A stretch of DNA of 64,000 nt from Candidatus Troglogloeales bacterium (GTDB taxonomy: Bacteria > Nitrospirota > Nitrospiria > SBBL01 > SBBA01): NCBI GenBank assembly GCA_005239925.1, contig SBBA01000183.1, forward strand, positions 27-64,026, read 5' to 3'. A program made the position numbers and the translations under genes. Positions 25,863 to 34,567 of this stretch are shown here, piece by piece. The first letter of the stretch is position 1. The number at the start of each line of letters is the position of its first letter. A model generated the notes under the pieces. It had not been told where the DNA came from and did no database searches. It saw nothing but the letters and a program-made list of their open reading frames with translations.

Positions 25863-26625
25863 TCACCATTTCCTGATGAATCTTGCCGTTGGTAGCCAGT
25901 ATTGCCTTGCCTTCGATAAAAAACGGTTTCCCGGAAAAATCGGTTACCGCACCGCCTGCCTCTGTTACAATGAGGAATCCCGCGGCGGTATCCCACGGAT
26001 TAAGGTTGAGTTCCCAAAAGCCATCGAACCGGCCTGCGGCAACATAGCAAAGATCGAGCGCAGCCGATCCCATCCGTCGCACACCCTGCACCCTCATCAA
26101 AAATTGGGTGAAGTGATTCAGATTGTTTTCAGGATCGGTACGAAGATTATAGGCAAAGCCGGTGACCAGCAATGCCTCCTTTAATTTTGGGATGGAAGAA
26201 ACGGTAAGCGGTATACCATTAAGCGTGGCCCCTTTGCCTCGTTCTGCAACAAAAAGCTCATTATGGATGGGATCGTAGATGACGCCGAGGACAACCGTCT
26301 TTTCAAACTCTACGGCAATTGACACGCAAAAATAGGGAAAGTGATGGGCATAATTCGTGGTACCGTCCAAAGGATCAATCACCCAACGCCAGGGGGAGTT
26401 TGATTTCTGGTGGGTTCCCTCTTCAGCCAGAATTTGATGATCGCTAAAATGCCTGTTAATATGGGTAACGATGGTTTGTTCGGAGAGAGTGTCCATTTGC
26501 GTGACGAGGTCTAATTCCCCTTTATGAGAGATCGTCAACTCTTTAGTCAGCCCGTTTCTGAGAATCTCCCCCGCGTCTTGCGCTGCTGCCAGGGCGACTT
26601 TTTTAATCAGGGCAATCTCTTCCAT
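25837..26625 (-). CDS. suhB: Inositol monophosphatase family protein
   Basis: 262-aa ORF with the motifs 'WVIDPLDGTTNY' and 'WDTAAG'. Confidence 0.9.
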   Translation of the reverse strand: MEEIALIKKVALAAAQDAGEILRNGLTKELTISHKGELDLVTQMDTLSEQTIVTHINRHFSDHQILAEEGTHQKSNSPWRWVIDPLDGTTNYAHHFPYFCVSIAVEFEKTVVLGVIYDPIHNELFVAERGKGATLNGIPLTVSSIPKLKEALLVTGFAYNLRTDPENNLNHFTQFLMRVQGVRRMGSAALDLCYVAAGRFDGFWELNLNPWDTAAGFLIVTEAGGAVTDFSGKPFFIEGKAILATNGKIHQEMVNVFMAQRK

Positions 26626-26743
26626 AAGGAGAGTATATCATGTTTTAAAACCAATGCCGAAGATAGCAGCGTTATATATCTCCACACAAATAGCGCCACA
26701 TTATTTGTAAAAACATGAATTGCCTGTTATTCTCGAGTGCTTT

Positions 26744-26786
26744 GTCCTTGCATTTGAGCCACTTGCTACGGTTTTTAGAGGTGCCC
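26744..26786 (+). mobile_element. Family A MITE-like element, right-end fragment (A6)
   Basis: 'ccttgcatttgagccacttgctacGGTTTTTAGAGGTGCCC' matches the right third of copy A4. No left end is present. Confidence 0.6.
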
Positions 26787-26892
26787 TTTTCTATTGATGT
26801 CACCATTTCCAAAGATCAAGAAAGAAATTTTCCAGTTGTGTGAGGGAGAGTCAATAGCAGTATGGGGCACGAGGTATAACCCAAGGCAAAGA

Positions 26893-27570
26893 TTAAACCT
26901 CGGTACTCTCTGATTGAAGCCGCTTAATTTCCTTTTTGATTTCGATCTCGGCGAGAGCAGGCACGGTCTCCCAGACGACGCTTTCAACAAGCGTCTTGAT
27001 GGTTTCTTTGGGAAGGGCTGCCTCCAGAACCTCAGGGAGTACTTCCCATGAAATTCGTTCTATCACTTCAAGAATATTTTTCTTTAGAAGATCGTCTGTC
27101 TGTAATGCGCTAATAATCTTCCGTGTTACCTCTGGATCTTCAACCTGAGAGGCCTTTTCAGGGGGAAGATCCTCAGCCGGAGAATCTACCGGCAATGCCG
27201 ACGTTTGCACAATGGGCATATGTTTTGTGACCTCGCTGGACAACGCCGTGGGATCAATCGGTTTATTAACAATTGCAGAAATACCTACCGATTGCATGAA
27301 AAGAGAATCGTAATTTTCTTCCCTACGCACCAAGAGGATGATAGGGGTTTCCGCGAGGTAGGCCTTATCCCGAACCCTTCTAACAAAATCCACGATATCA
27401 ATCCCCAGAAGGCGGAAGTCGGCCAGAATCAACTCCGGCTTCTCGGACATTGCCGCATCTAGTCCGGAAAGGCCGTCATTGACGGCAATGACGTTAAAAC
27501 CGGCATTGCGTAGGGTGGTGTTTACTATACTTTGGGCTTCGAGATCGTCATCAACAAGCAGGACCTCCAT
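26893..27570 (-). CDS. Response regulator: receiver domain plus an uncharacterised helical C-terminal domain
   Basis: ATG 27570 is preceded by GAGGAG, and the ORF is open to 27621. REC features are 'VLLVDDD', 'LILADFRL' and 'VNKP'. The C-terminus 'WEVLPEVLEAALPKE...VVWETVPALAEIEIKKEIKRL' has no recognisable output domain. Confidence 0.75.
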   Translation of the reverse strand: MEVLLVDDDLEAQSIVNTTLRNAGFNVIAVNDGLSGLDAAMSEKPELILADFRLLGIDIVDFVRRVRDKAYLAETPIILLVRREENYDSLFMQSVGISAIVNKPIDPTALSSEVTKHMPIVQTSALPVDSPAEDLPPEKASQVEDPEVTRKIISALQTDDLLKKNILEVIERISWEVLPEVLEAALPKETIKTLVESVVWETVPALAEIEIKKEIKRLQSESTEV

Positions 27571-28113
27571 CTGGTTCTCCTCATACTTTAAATTTTTAGC
27601 CCCGGTTCTGGAAGGTACCATAGTGGCTTTTTGTTGTCAATCGCAGAAATAGAATCCTACCAGACACCATTACTTGAAACAGAGATACTCTTATTCACTC
27701 TACTACCTGAACATTATCCACCGCGATGGTCGCACGGGCCCCTGTGGAAGAAAGACCAATCCCGGAACGAAACGCCGAATGGTATTTCAATTGCGGCCCG
27801 TTGTGCCGATATTTCGGTGGAAGAGGCGTCTGTGGTCAGAAGTTCTCGTGTACCTGTGTGGGCAGATGTGAGGCCGTTGACGACGAGGGTTCGTGTGTCG
27901 GAAGAGGTTGTCACTACTGTCCATCTCAATGGAGACCCCCATCTTCGAAGTGCACGGTGAAATTTACAGAAGGGGTAATCGGAATGCTAATCGAAGCGCT
28001 GGTTGCAATGTCTCCATTCATGTTTTTTCATAAGGCTTCTCCTTTTTTAAGATCGGGTTATTTAAATTTACTCTGTCTTCTCAAACAAGCAGGGCGTAGA
28101 CCCCTAAACTCCT

Positions 28114-28995
28114 CTATTTTCCCCGTTTTCCTTTGGTGCGCTCTATAAGGGGAATGGCGGGCGTCCCCTCCTTCTTACCCTTTTGCTGCTTCATCACGAA
28201 ATACTGTCTGCGAAGGTCCTGAAAGCTCTTTTCATGGATCGGACGTACGGCGGGAGTGAGGAAGGAACAGAGTTTTTTCTCCAATTTATAAGTATCTTGT
28301 TCGTTATTAATAGCAATCAGGCCATTTAAAATAACATTGGCAAGTAGCAATTCCGACTGGGTGCGGGAGTAAATACTTTCCGCGATGGGGGTGAAGATAA
28401 AACTACCAAAGAGGATGCCATACAGTGTGGAGACAAGCGCCACGGGAATGGTTTTAATGATAACACCGGCGTCGCCTACACCGGTGAGCATTCCCATCAG
28501 GCCGATGACACTGCCGATGAGTCCGAAGGCGGGGGCCGCCTTGGCCATGCTCCTGAAGATTCGTTCGCTCTGCTCACGTCGCTGCCTGAAAAAATGCATC
28601 TCGGTGCCGAGCACGTCGCGAATTTCATCACTTTGGTATCCATCCACAATCATATTGAGACCGTCCTTTAGAAACAGGGTTGTGGAGCGATCAGTTTCTT
28701 CCTCCAGTGATAGGACGCCATCGTATTTACTTTTTAGGGCAAAATCCAGTAGTGCATTTACAATCTCGGCCTCTGTAGGTAGATTTGCAAGGTAGGTTCG
28801 GCGCATAACGATAAATGCGGAGAAGATTCTTTGTGCCGGATAACTTAAGAACATCACGCCAAAGGTGCCGCCTAAAACAATCATGAGTGCGACTGTATTG
28901 AAGTAGAGGGCCTGGTTCTCGTCGAAAATAAAACTGGCCAACAGTATGGCTGTACAGATAATAAAACCGATCAGATTCAACAGGGTCATTCTCAT
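28114..28995 (-). CDS. motA: MotA/PomA-family stator proton-channel protein
   Basis: 293-aa ORF. It has four predicted TM segments and 'AAPAFGLIGSVIGLMGML...VALVSTLYG', typical of MotA/TolQ/ExbB channels. Confidence 0.8.
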   Translation of the reverse strand: MRMTLLNLIGFIICTAILLASFIFDENQALYFNTVALMIVLGGTFGVMFLSYPAQRIFSAFIVMRRTYLANLPTEAEIVNALLDFALKSKYDGVLSLEEETDRSTTLFLKDGLNMIVDGYQSDEIRDVLGTEMHFFRQRREQSERIFRSMAKAAPAFGLIGSVIGLMGMLTGVGDAGVIIKTIPVALVSTLYGILFGSFIFTPIAESIYSRTQSELLLANVILNGLIAINNEQDTYKLEKKLCSFLTPAVRPIHEKSFQDLRRQYFVMKQQKGKKEGTPAIPLIERTKGKRGK

Positions 28996-29000
28996 TTCAA

Positions 29001-29825
29001 TTACTCCAAGGGTAGCGCCTCGTATATCGTTTTTGTGATGATGATTTCAACACGCCGATTGAGTTGCTTGTTTTCCAGTGAGTTATTGGGAAGGGCGGGG
29101 CGGTACATCGAATTCCCCATGATCGTAAACCGGCCGGGTTCCAATTGGGCCGCCTGGATCATGTATCGGGCGACGGCGGAGGCCCGTCCCACCGAGAGCT
29201 CCCAATTGGTTGGGAATAAGCTGCTATGTATAGGAAAGGTGTCGGTATGACCGATCACATGCACCTCGTTTTTTGATTTAGCCAACACCTGGGCCACCTT
29301 TTGCAGGAACGATTGGGTACTTTCACGGAGAGTGGCGCTCCCCAAGTCGAACAATAATGGCCCCCTTAAGCTAATCTTGATTGTTTTATCATCCTGGAGA
29401 AGGACCTGTACGTCTTCAAGATCGGTATTGTCGGCCGCATGTTCGGCCAGTTGCAGAATTTCCTCTGGTGTGAGTCCGGTTCCCTCTAATTGGTCTGCCG
29501 TAGGAAAGTCCGGGGAAAAACTTTCCAGTTTAGGCGCTTCCCGTGCCGTTGACACATTCTCTTCATAGTGGAACGCCTCGGTGACATCCCTTTCGGAGAG
29601 CACATAGATCAGCATCATGGCAAACATGACGAACATGGTCATCATGAGGTCGGCCCAGGGGACGGCCCATTGAGAGTCATCGGTATCTCGACCGGCCTCG
29701 TCACGGGGAGGGCCGCCATAGATATAGCCCGATTCTGCAGCGGGGGCGCCGGGGACCCATCTTTGAACCCCCTTTCCACTACCTCCACCAAGGGCCTCGT
29801 TTTTTGTATCCTTTCCCCCTTTCAT
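29001..29825 (-). CDS. motB: MotB-family stator protein with a C-terminal OmpA-like domain
   Basis: 274-aa ORF. 'WAVPWADLMMTMFVMFAMML' is the plug/TM segment with the conserved Asp. The OmpA-like C-terminus contains 'VIGHTD...NWELSVGRASAV...NRRVEII'. Confidence 0.8.
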   Translation of the reverse strand: MKGGKDTKNEALGGGSGKGVQRWVPGAPAAESGYIYGGPPRDEAGRDTDDSQWAVPWADLMMTMFVMFAMMLIYVLSERDVTEAFHYEENVSTAREAPKLESFSPDFPTADQLEGTGLTPEEILQLAEHAADNTDLEDVQVLLQDDKTIKISLRGPLLFDLGSATLRESTQSFLQKVAQVLAKSKNEVHVIGHTDTFPIHSSLFPTNWELSVGRASAVARYMIQAAQLEPGRFTIMGNSMYRPALPNNSLENKQLNRRVEIIITKTIYEALPLE

Positions 29826-29984
29826 TTCCTTTGGCCTTTTTCCCCGATTAGGGTTTTGTCCTGGAGAAGGAGTATACCTACTTTAAGTTCCTTATTCCAA
29901 GGGGGGCTGTTAAAATATAACGACACGGAATAACGGGATATATGGGAGTACAAACTCAACCTCTCGAAAGAGGAGGTCACCCGG

Positions 29985-30536
29985 ATGTTTCTTCATCTCT
30001 GGGAACTCCAGGAAATCCATATCTCCTATTATTACTTTGATGAAAACGAAATGCGGCTGAACGATTTTACCCTGATTGACGTCATGTCGATTTCCCCCAG
30101 GGATCGACTGTTTAAGCCCCTTTCCTTTAAGATGCAAACCGGTCTAATCAGAAAAGGAGATCCGTTTGGCAAAGACCATCTCATTTATCAATTCGACCCC
30201 GGTGTTGGATTGGCCTTTCAAAATGAAATGATCGGCCTTTATTATGGGATGCTTATAGCCGACCTGGAAATCGGCGGGATGTTTGACGATCATTATGCGA
30301 TGGGGGTAGGGGCCGAGATCGGCGCTACTATCCGGATCACCGATTTATGGAAGGTCATTCCTTCGGCCAAGGCAATGCGTTATGAGATAGGAGACCGTTT
30401 CACAGAAGGCCAGGGGAAGATCACGCAAACATTCACGGTGGACCAGAATAATACGCTGGGCATCACCGCATCACGTGAGTTACGATGGGGTCAGAAGAAA
30501 ACGAAACTGGGTCTCACCTGGCATTATTACTTTTAG
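29985..30536 (+). CDS. Hypothetical protein, possibly a C-terminal remnant of a larger exported or beta-barrel protein
   Basis: 183-aa ORF with the RBS AGGAGG 8 nt upstream. It has no signal peptide. It ends '...LGLTWHYYF', an aromatic C-terminus like an OMP beta-signal. An in-frame stop lies at 29931 upstream. Confidence 0.45.
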   Translation: MFLHLWELQEIHISYYYFDENEMRLNDFTLIDVMSISPRDRLFKPLSFKMQTGLIRKGDPFGKDHLIYQFDPGVGLAFQNEMIGLYYGMLIADLEIGGMFDDHYAMGVGAEIGATIRITDLWKVIPSAKAMRYEIGDRFTEGQGKITQTFTVDQNNTLGITASRELRWGQKKTKLGLTWHYYF

Positions 30537-30640
30537 GGCGCTTCTAAAAACCCCCTAAATCCCCCTTATCAGGGGGACTTGATCATTCCCCCCTGATAAG
30601 GGGGCGGGGGGGTTAAGTCTTTCAGTTTTTAGAGGTGCCC
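30536..30640 (+). mobile_element. Family B MITE-like element, copy B1 (A-type TIRs, different core)
   Basis: Termini are GGGCGCTTCTAAAAACC and AGTTTTTAGAGGTGCCC. The core holds the hairpins 'TCCCCCttatcaGGGGGA' and 'TCCCCCCtgataaGGGGG'. Its first G completes the TAG stop of the upstream ORF. Confidence 0.75.
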
Positions 30641-30668
30641 TCACCCTTATAGAGGATTTAACTTACCC

Positions 30669-31451
30669 ATGATCTCTTTGATCACTGCAGACACACTCCG
30701 AACCCTGGCGGGACTGACCGGATTCTTCCTGTTTGCGGCCATCGAAAATATTTTTCCGTTTGCAAAAAGGATTGACCCGATCCTCCGACATTATCGGATC
30801 AATCTCTCCCTCATGATATGTAATGCCGCTCTTTTAAGCCTTCTGGTTGGAGGAATAACGGCCACCTATGCCCAATTTTTATCAGCCCACCGCATTGGGC
30901 TGCTGCATCAGTTTGATATCGGATGGCCAATGAAGGTATTCTTGACCCTTGTTTTTTTGGATGGGGTCACCTACTTCGTCCATATGGCGTACCACCGTGT
31001 GCCGCTGCTATGGCGTTTTCATCGGGTGCACCATACCGATCGCGACCTGGATGTGACCTCCGCATCCCGTTTTCATCCGGGAGAGATCATTCTATCCTTT
31101 GGAATACGATTGGCCGCCGTGACGCTCTGGGGCCCGCCGTGGGAGGCTGTTGTTATTTTTGAAGGCACCCTCTTTTTCTTTGCGCAATGGGGCCACAGCA
31201 ATTTTACAATCCCCAAGCAGATCGAGCCAACCGTTCGATTGCTTTTTGTGACCCCCGATATGCATCGTCTGCATCATTCGGATTATCGTGCTGAAACTGA
31301 TTCGAACTATTCCACCGTATTGTCCTGCTGGGATCGGATTTTCAGGACCTATACAAAGGCGCCGCAAAGAGCACTTGTGTTAGGATTGGCTGAGTATCCT
31401 GACACAACCCAACTAACCTTTTTACGCTTACTGATTCTTCCTTTTAGATAG
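30669..31451 (+). CDS. Fatty acid hydroxylase / sterol desaturase superfamily membrane protein
   Basis: 260-aa ORF with His boxes 'HMAYH', 'HRVHH' and 'HRLHH' and several TM segments. Confidence 0.8.
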   Translation: MISLITADTLRTLAGLTGFFLFAAIENIFPFAKRIDPILRHYRINLSLMICNAALLSLLVGGITATYAQFLSAHRIGLLHQFDIGWPMKVFLTLVFLDGVTYFVHMAYHRVPLLWRFHRVHHTDRDLDVTSASRFHPGEIILSFGIRLAAVTLWGPPWEAVVIFEGTLFFFAQWGHSNFTIPKQIEPTVRLLFVTPDMHRLHHSDYRAETDSNYSTVLSCWDRIFRTYTKAPQRALVLGLAEYPDTTQLTFLRLLILPFR

Positions 31452-31573
31452 AAAAGTACAGAAATAGGAATTATGGAAAATTGTAAAATTGGATCAATAT
31501 CCCCCCTTTACAAAAGTATCTGATATAATAATAGACTTGGGAAGGGGGGCGAGCGTATTGGGAAATTCAGCGA

Positions 31574-31876
31574 ATGCAACCGTCACAAATCGAAAAGATC
31601 AGAGAGAGGGTTAGGCAAAAACAGTATGACATAACCGCCTGTGCGATGGAAGAGATGTCAGAAAACAATTTAGACATTACCGACATCGAAAATGCCATGC
31701 TTCATGGTCGTATCCTCTGCACTGAAAAAGACAATCCAAATGGAAATAAAGATGAAATCGAAGGGGTATGCCTTGATGAGAAAACGCCGATTGGGGTCGT
31801 GGGCCGCATGACCGAGACGGGCCGGTATCTCATCATGGGTATCTATAAATCATTACAGCGTGAGGAGGAAGCCTAA
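31574..31876 (+). CDS. DUF4258-like putative toxin
   Basis: 100-aa ORF. Its length and pattern ('...ITDIENAMLHGRILCTEKD...GVVGRMTETGRYLIMGIY') fit DUF4258. The stop overlaps the downstream start (TAATG). Confidence 0.55.
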   Translation: MQPSQIEKIRERVRQKQYDITACAMEEMSENNLDITDIENAMLHGRILCTEKDNPNGNKDEIEGVCLDEKTPIGVVGRMTETGRYLIMGIYKSLQREEEA

Positions 31877-32112
31877 TGTATGACTATCGTTGTGAGTATT
31901 GTGAAGGAACGGTTATGCCCTGTCTTGTTGAACGAGAAACATTCAAGCATGAGAACGGTTTTGTTATACTTGAGGACATTGAAATTGGCATTTGTGATCA
32001 GTGTGGAAGTCGGTATTATAGCGCGGATATTCTTCATACAGTCCATGAAATTGCGACGGAAAGAAATTATCCTGAAAGGATGGAGGCCATTCCAGTTGCA
32101 CGTTTAATGTAA
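31876..32112 (+). CDS. YgiT/MqsA-type zinc-finger antitoxin-like protein
   Basis: 78-aa ORF with 'CEYCEG...ICDQCGSRYYS', the YgiT-type CxxC...CxxC arrangement. Confidence 0.65.
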   Translation: MYDYRCEYCEGTVMPCLVERETFKHENGFVILEDIEIGICDQCGSRYYSADILHTVHEIATERNYPERMEAIPVARLM

Positions 32113-32229
32113 GACTGGAATCCCACAGATACCTTCTTTACACCCCTCCTTGGATAAGGGGTGTGGAGGTTCGTCTCTGTCCTGAAAACAACGAAAGCAG
32201 TTGCACTTTATTGGCTATAAGGTGTTATA

Positions 32230-32338
32230 GGGCGCCTCTAAAAATCTAAAGACGCAACCTCCTTCCCCCTTTTATTAGGGGGAAATGCGGTAAAAGTCCC
32301 CCTGATAAGGGAGATTGAGAGGGTTTTTAGAGGCGCCC
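32230..32338 (-). mobile_element. Family B MITE-like element, copy B2 (inverted relative to B1)
   Basis: Termini are GGGCGCCTCTAAAAATC and GGTTTTTAGAGGCGCCC. Flanking direct repeat is TATA/TATA. The core is the reverse complement of the B1 core. Confidence 0.75.
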
Positions 32339-32389
32339 TATACTATTTTCTTATATCTTTCTTGCATCCATTATGGGGAGGCGATTACT

Positions 32390-34567
32390 ATGGCAGATAT
32401 GGAACGAAAAGAAAACAGGGTTTTACGGCGTCCCGATCGGATTCACCGATTGGGAGAAATTGCTTATAACCTGTGGTGGAGCTGGCACCCGGATGCCCGA
32501 AGCCTTTTTAGTCAATTAGAGCGTGACCTTTGGAAACGCACGCAACATAATCCCATAGAGATTTTACGGGATATCTCCCAGGAGCGGCTTGAAGAGGCCG
32601 CCCACGACCCGGCCTTTCTCGATCATTATGATCGTGTCCTGACGGCCTATGACGCCGAACATGGCAAACGATCCACCTGGTTTAACCAGAACTTTCCCGA
32701 TCATGCCAACAAGACGATTGCCTATTTCTCAGCGGAGTTCGGCATCCACAATTCCCTGCCGATTTATTCCGGCGGCCTGGGCCTTCTGGCAGGGGATCAC
32801 TGTAAAGAAGCGGGCGAGTTAGGGCTGCCCCTTGTGGGCGTCGGCTTTTTATATCAGCACGGCTATTTTCACCAATATATCCATTCCGACGGCTGGCAGG
32901 AGGCCGCGTCTAAACCCTTATCCATGGACTCGGTGGCGCTTCGGTCGGCCGGTTCGCCGGACAGAGTCCTCATTGAAGTCCCCGTCGGTGTGAATAACAC
33001 CGTGTATGCGGCGATCTGGAGGGTTCAGGTCGGGTCGGTTCCCCTGTATCTCATGGACACGGATATCCCGGAAAACCCGCCCTGGAATAGGGAGTTATCA
33101 GCCAAACTTTATCCCGGCGACCAGGAGTTCCGAATTCGTCAACAGATTGTTCTAGGGATTGGCGCGGTTCGCACCCTGCGGGCTATGGGAATTCACCCGT
33201 CCGTATGGCATTTGAACGAAGGCCATACCGCCTTCATCATGCTGGAACGGATTCGCGAAGGGGTGGCTTCCGGATTGCCTTACGAAGAGGCCGCATATCG
33301 GGTTCGGAAAAGCACGGTCTTTACCACCCATACCCCTGTTGCCGCCGGTCATGATATCTATCCGTCCTCGTTGATTGAAAAATATTTTTCTAATTTCTGG
33401 CCGTCCATGGGGGTGGATCAGGCCGGGTTCTGGGCCATGGGATGTCATCAGGGGCCGTGGGGAGACGCCTTTAATATGACTGCCTTGGCCCTGCGTTTAT
33501 CAGACGGGCACAATGCGGTAAGTCGTTTAAATGGCAAAATCTCACGCAAGATGTGGCATCACACCCTATGGCCCCAGTGTGAGGAAGAGCAGGTGCCGAT
33601 TACTTCGATTACCAATGGCGTTCATGTTCCCACCTGGGTGGCCCAGGAGATCAAGCATTTGTACGAGGAATATCTGTCCCCCGATTGGGTAAGTCGTCAC
33701 GACGATCCCCTCCTTTGGAAAAAGGTGTTTGATATCGGAGACGCCCTTTTCTGGGACACGCATCTCCATCTCAAAAGAAAACTGTTGCGATTTATTCATG
33801 ATCGTGCCCGCTCCTTATGGACCGATCGGCGAGTTGACCCCAGCCAGATACTGTCTTCCGGCGCCTTGCTGGAAGCCGAGACGTTTACCATCGGGTATGC
33901 ACGCCGGTTTACCGCCTATAAACGTCCGACGCTTCTTTTTCATGATCTGGATCGCTTAAAACGGATTCTGACCAATCGGTGGCATCCGGCGCAGATTGTC
34001 TTTGCGGGCAAGGCCCACCCGGCCGATGATGTCGGAAAACGGGCGATTCAACAGATTTACAATTTGGCCCGCGATCCCCAATTGGCCGGTCGAATCGCCT
34101 TTGTGGAAAATTATGATATGCGATTGGCCCATGACCTGGTGCAGGGGGTAGACCTATGGCTGAATACCCCGCGTCCTCCCAACGAGGCCTGCGGCACCAG
34201 CGGCATGAAGGCCGCTATCAACGGCGTACCCACGTTAAGCGCCTTGGACGGTTGGTGGATTGAAGGATACAACGGGAAAAACGGCTGGGCCTTTGGGAGA
34301 AACGGTGCGGCGAGCGAATCCGGCATGTCACATGAGGAGCAGGACAAAGAGGACGCCAATGGCATCTACGAACTGTTGGAGAAGGAGATCATCCCCTTGT
34401 ATTACGAACGAGACTTAAAGGGGGTTCCCCATAAATGGGTGCAGGTCGCCAAGGAAACGATCTCTTCAGTAGGGGCGGCCTTTTCCGCTCGAAGGATGAT
34501 GAAGGAATACACGGAAAAACTGTATATCCCTGCTGCACGACGCGCCGACCATGAAAGTTGTTCATGA
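32390..34567 (+). CDS. glgP: Alpha-glucan (glycogen/maltodextrin) phosphorylase, GT35 short bacterial/archaeal type
   Basis: ATG 32390 has the RBS GGGGAGG. The ORF-track start at 32315 lies inside repeat B2. The PLP-lysine region 'EACGTSGMKAAINGV' is present, and the N-terminus 'LGEIAYNLWWSWHP' is typical. Confidence 0.9.
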   Translation: MADMERKENRVLRRPDRIHRLGEIAYNLWWSWHPDARSLFSQLERDLWKRTQHNPIEILRDISQERLEEAAHDPAFLDHYDRVLTAYDAEHGKRSTWFNQNFPDHANKTIAYFSAEFGIHNSLPIYSGGLGLLAGDHCKEAGELGLPLVGVGFLYQHGYFHQYIHSDGWQEAASKPLSMDSVALRSAGSPDRVLIEVPVGVNNTVYAAIWRVQVGSVPLYLMDTDIPENPPWNRELSAKLYPGDQEFRIRQQIVLGIGAVRTLRAMGIHPSVWHLNEGHTAFIMLERIREGVASGLPYEEAAYRVRKSTVFTTHTPVAAGHDIYPSSLIEKYFSNFWPSMGVDQAGFWAMGCHQGPWGDAFNMTALALRLSDGHNAVSRLNGKISRKMWHHTLWPQCEEEQVPITSITNGVHVPTWVAQEIKHLYEEYLSPDWVSRHDDPLLWKKVFDIGDALFWDTHLHLKRKLLRFIHDRARSLWTDRRVDPSQILSSGALLEAETFTIGYARRFTAYKRPTLLFHDLDRLKRILTNRWHPAQIVFAGKAHPADDVGKRAIQQIYNLARDPQLAGRIAFVENYDMRLAHDLVQGVDLWLNTPRPPNEACGTSGMKAAINGVPTLSALDGWWIEGYNGKNGWAFGRNGAASESGMSHEEQDKEDANGIYELLEKEIIPLYYERDLKGVPHKWVQVAKETISSVGAAFSARRMMKEYTEKLYIPAARRADHESCS

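Noticed and set aside
27726-28148. 140-aa and 109-aa plus-strand ORFs in the motA / response-regulator gap
   Set aside because: They are Cys/Arg/Gly-rich with no RBS. They overlap each other and the motA 3' end. They are more likely non-coding, or the shadow of a damaged minus-strand gene (see the finding for this gap).
28114-29825. The motB/motA pair as a Zorya-type (ZorAB) defence system
   Set aside because: The MotA-like protein is only 293 aa and lacks the long C-terminal tail characteristic of ZorA. No ZorC/D/E-like genes (large helicase or nuclease proteins) are adjacent.
30534-30671. After conceptual excision of MITE B1, ORF 29985..30536 runs in frame, with no stops, into the ATG of the hydroxylase gene at 30669. 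This could suggest an ancestral fusion gene.
   Set aside because: Only 9 codons separate them, so an open frame there is weak evidence (chance of roughly one in three or better). The upstream protein ends with an OMP-like terminal Phe exactly at the present stop. A beta-barrel/hydroxylase fusion is biologically implausible.
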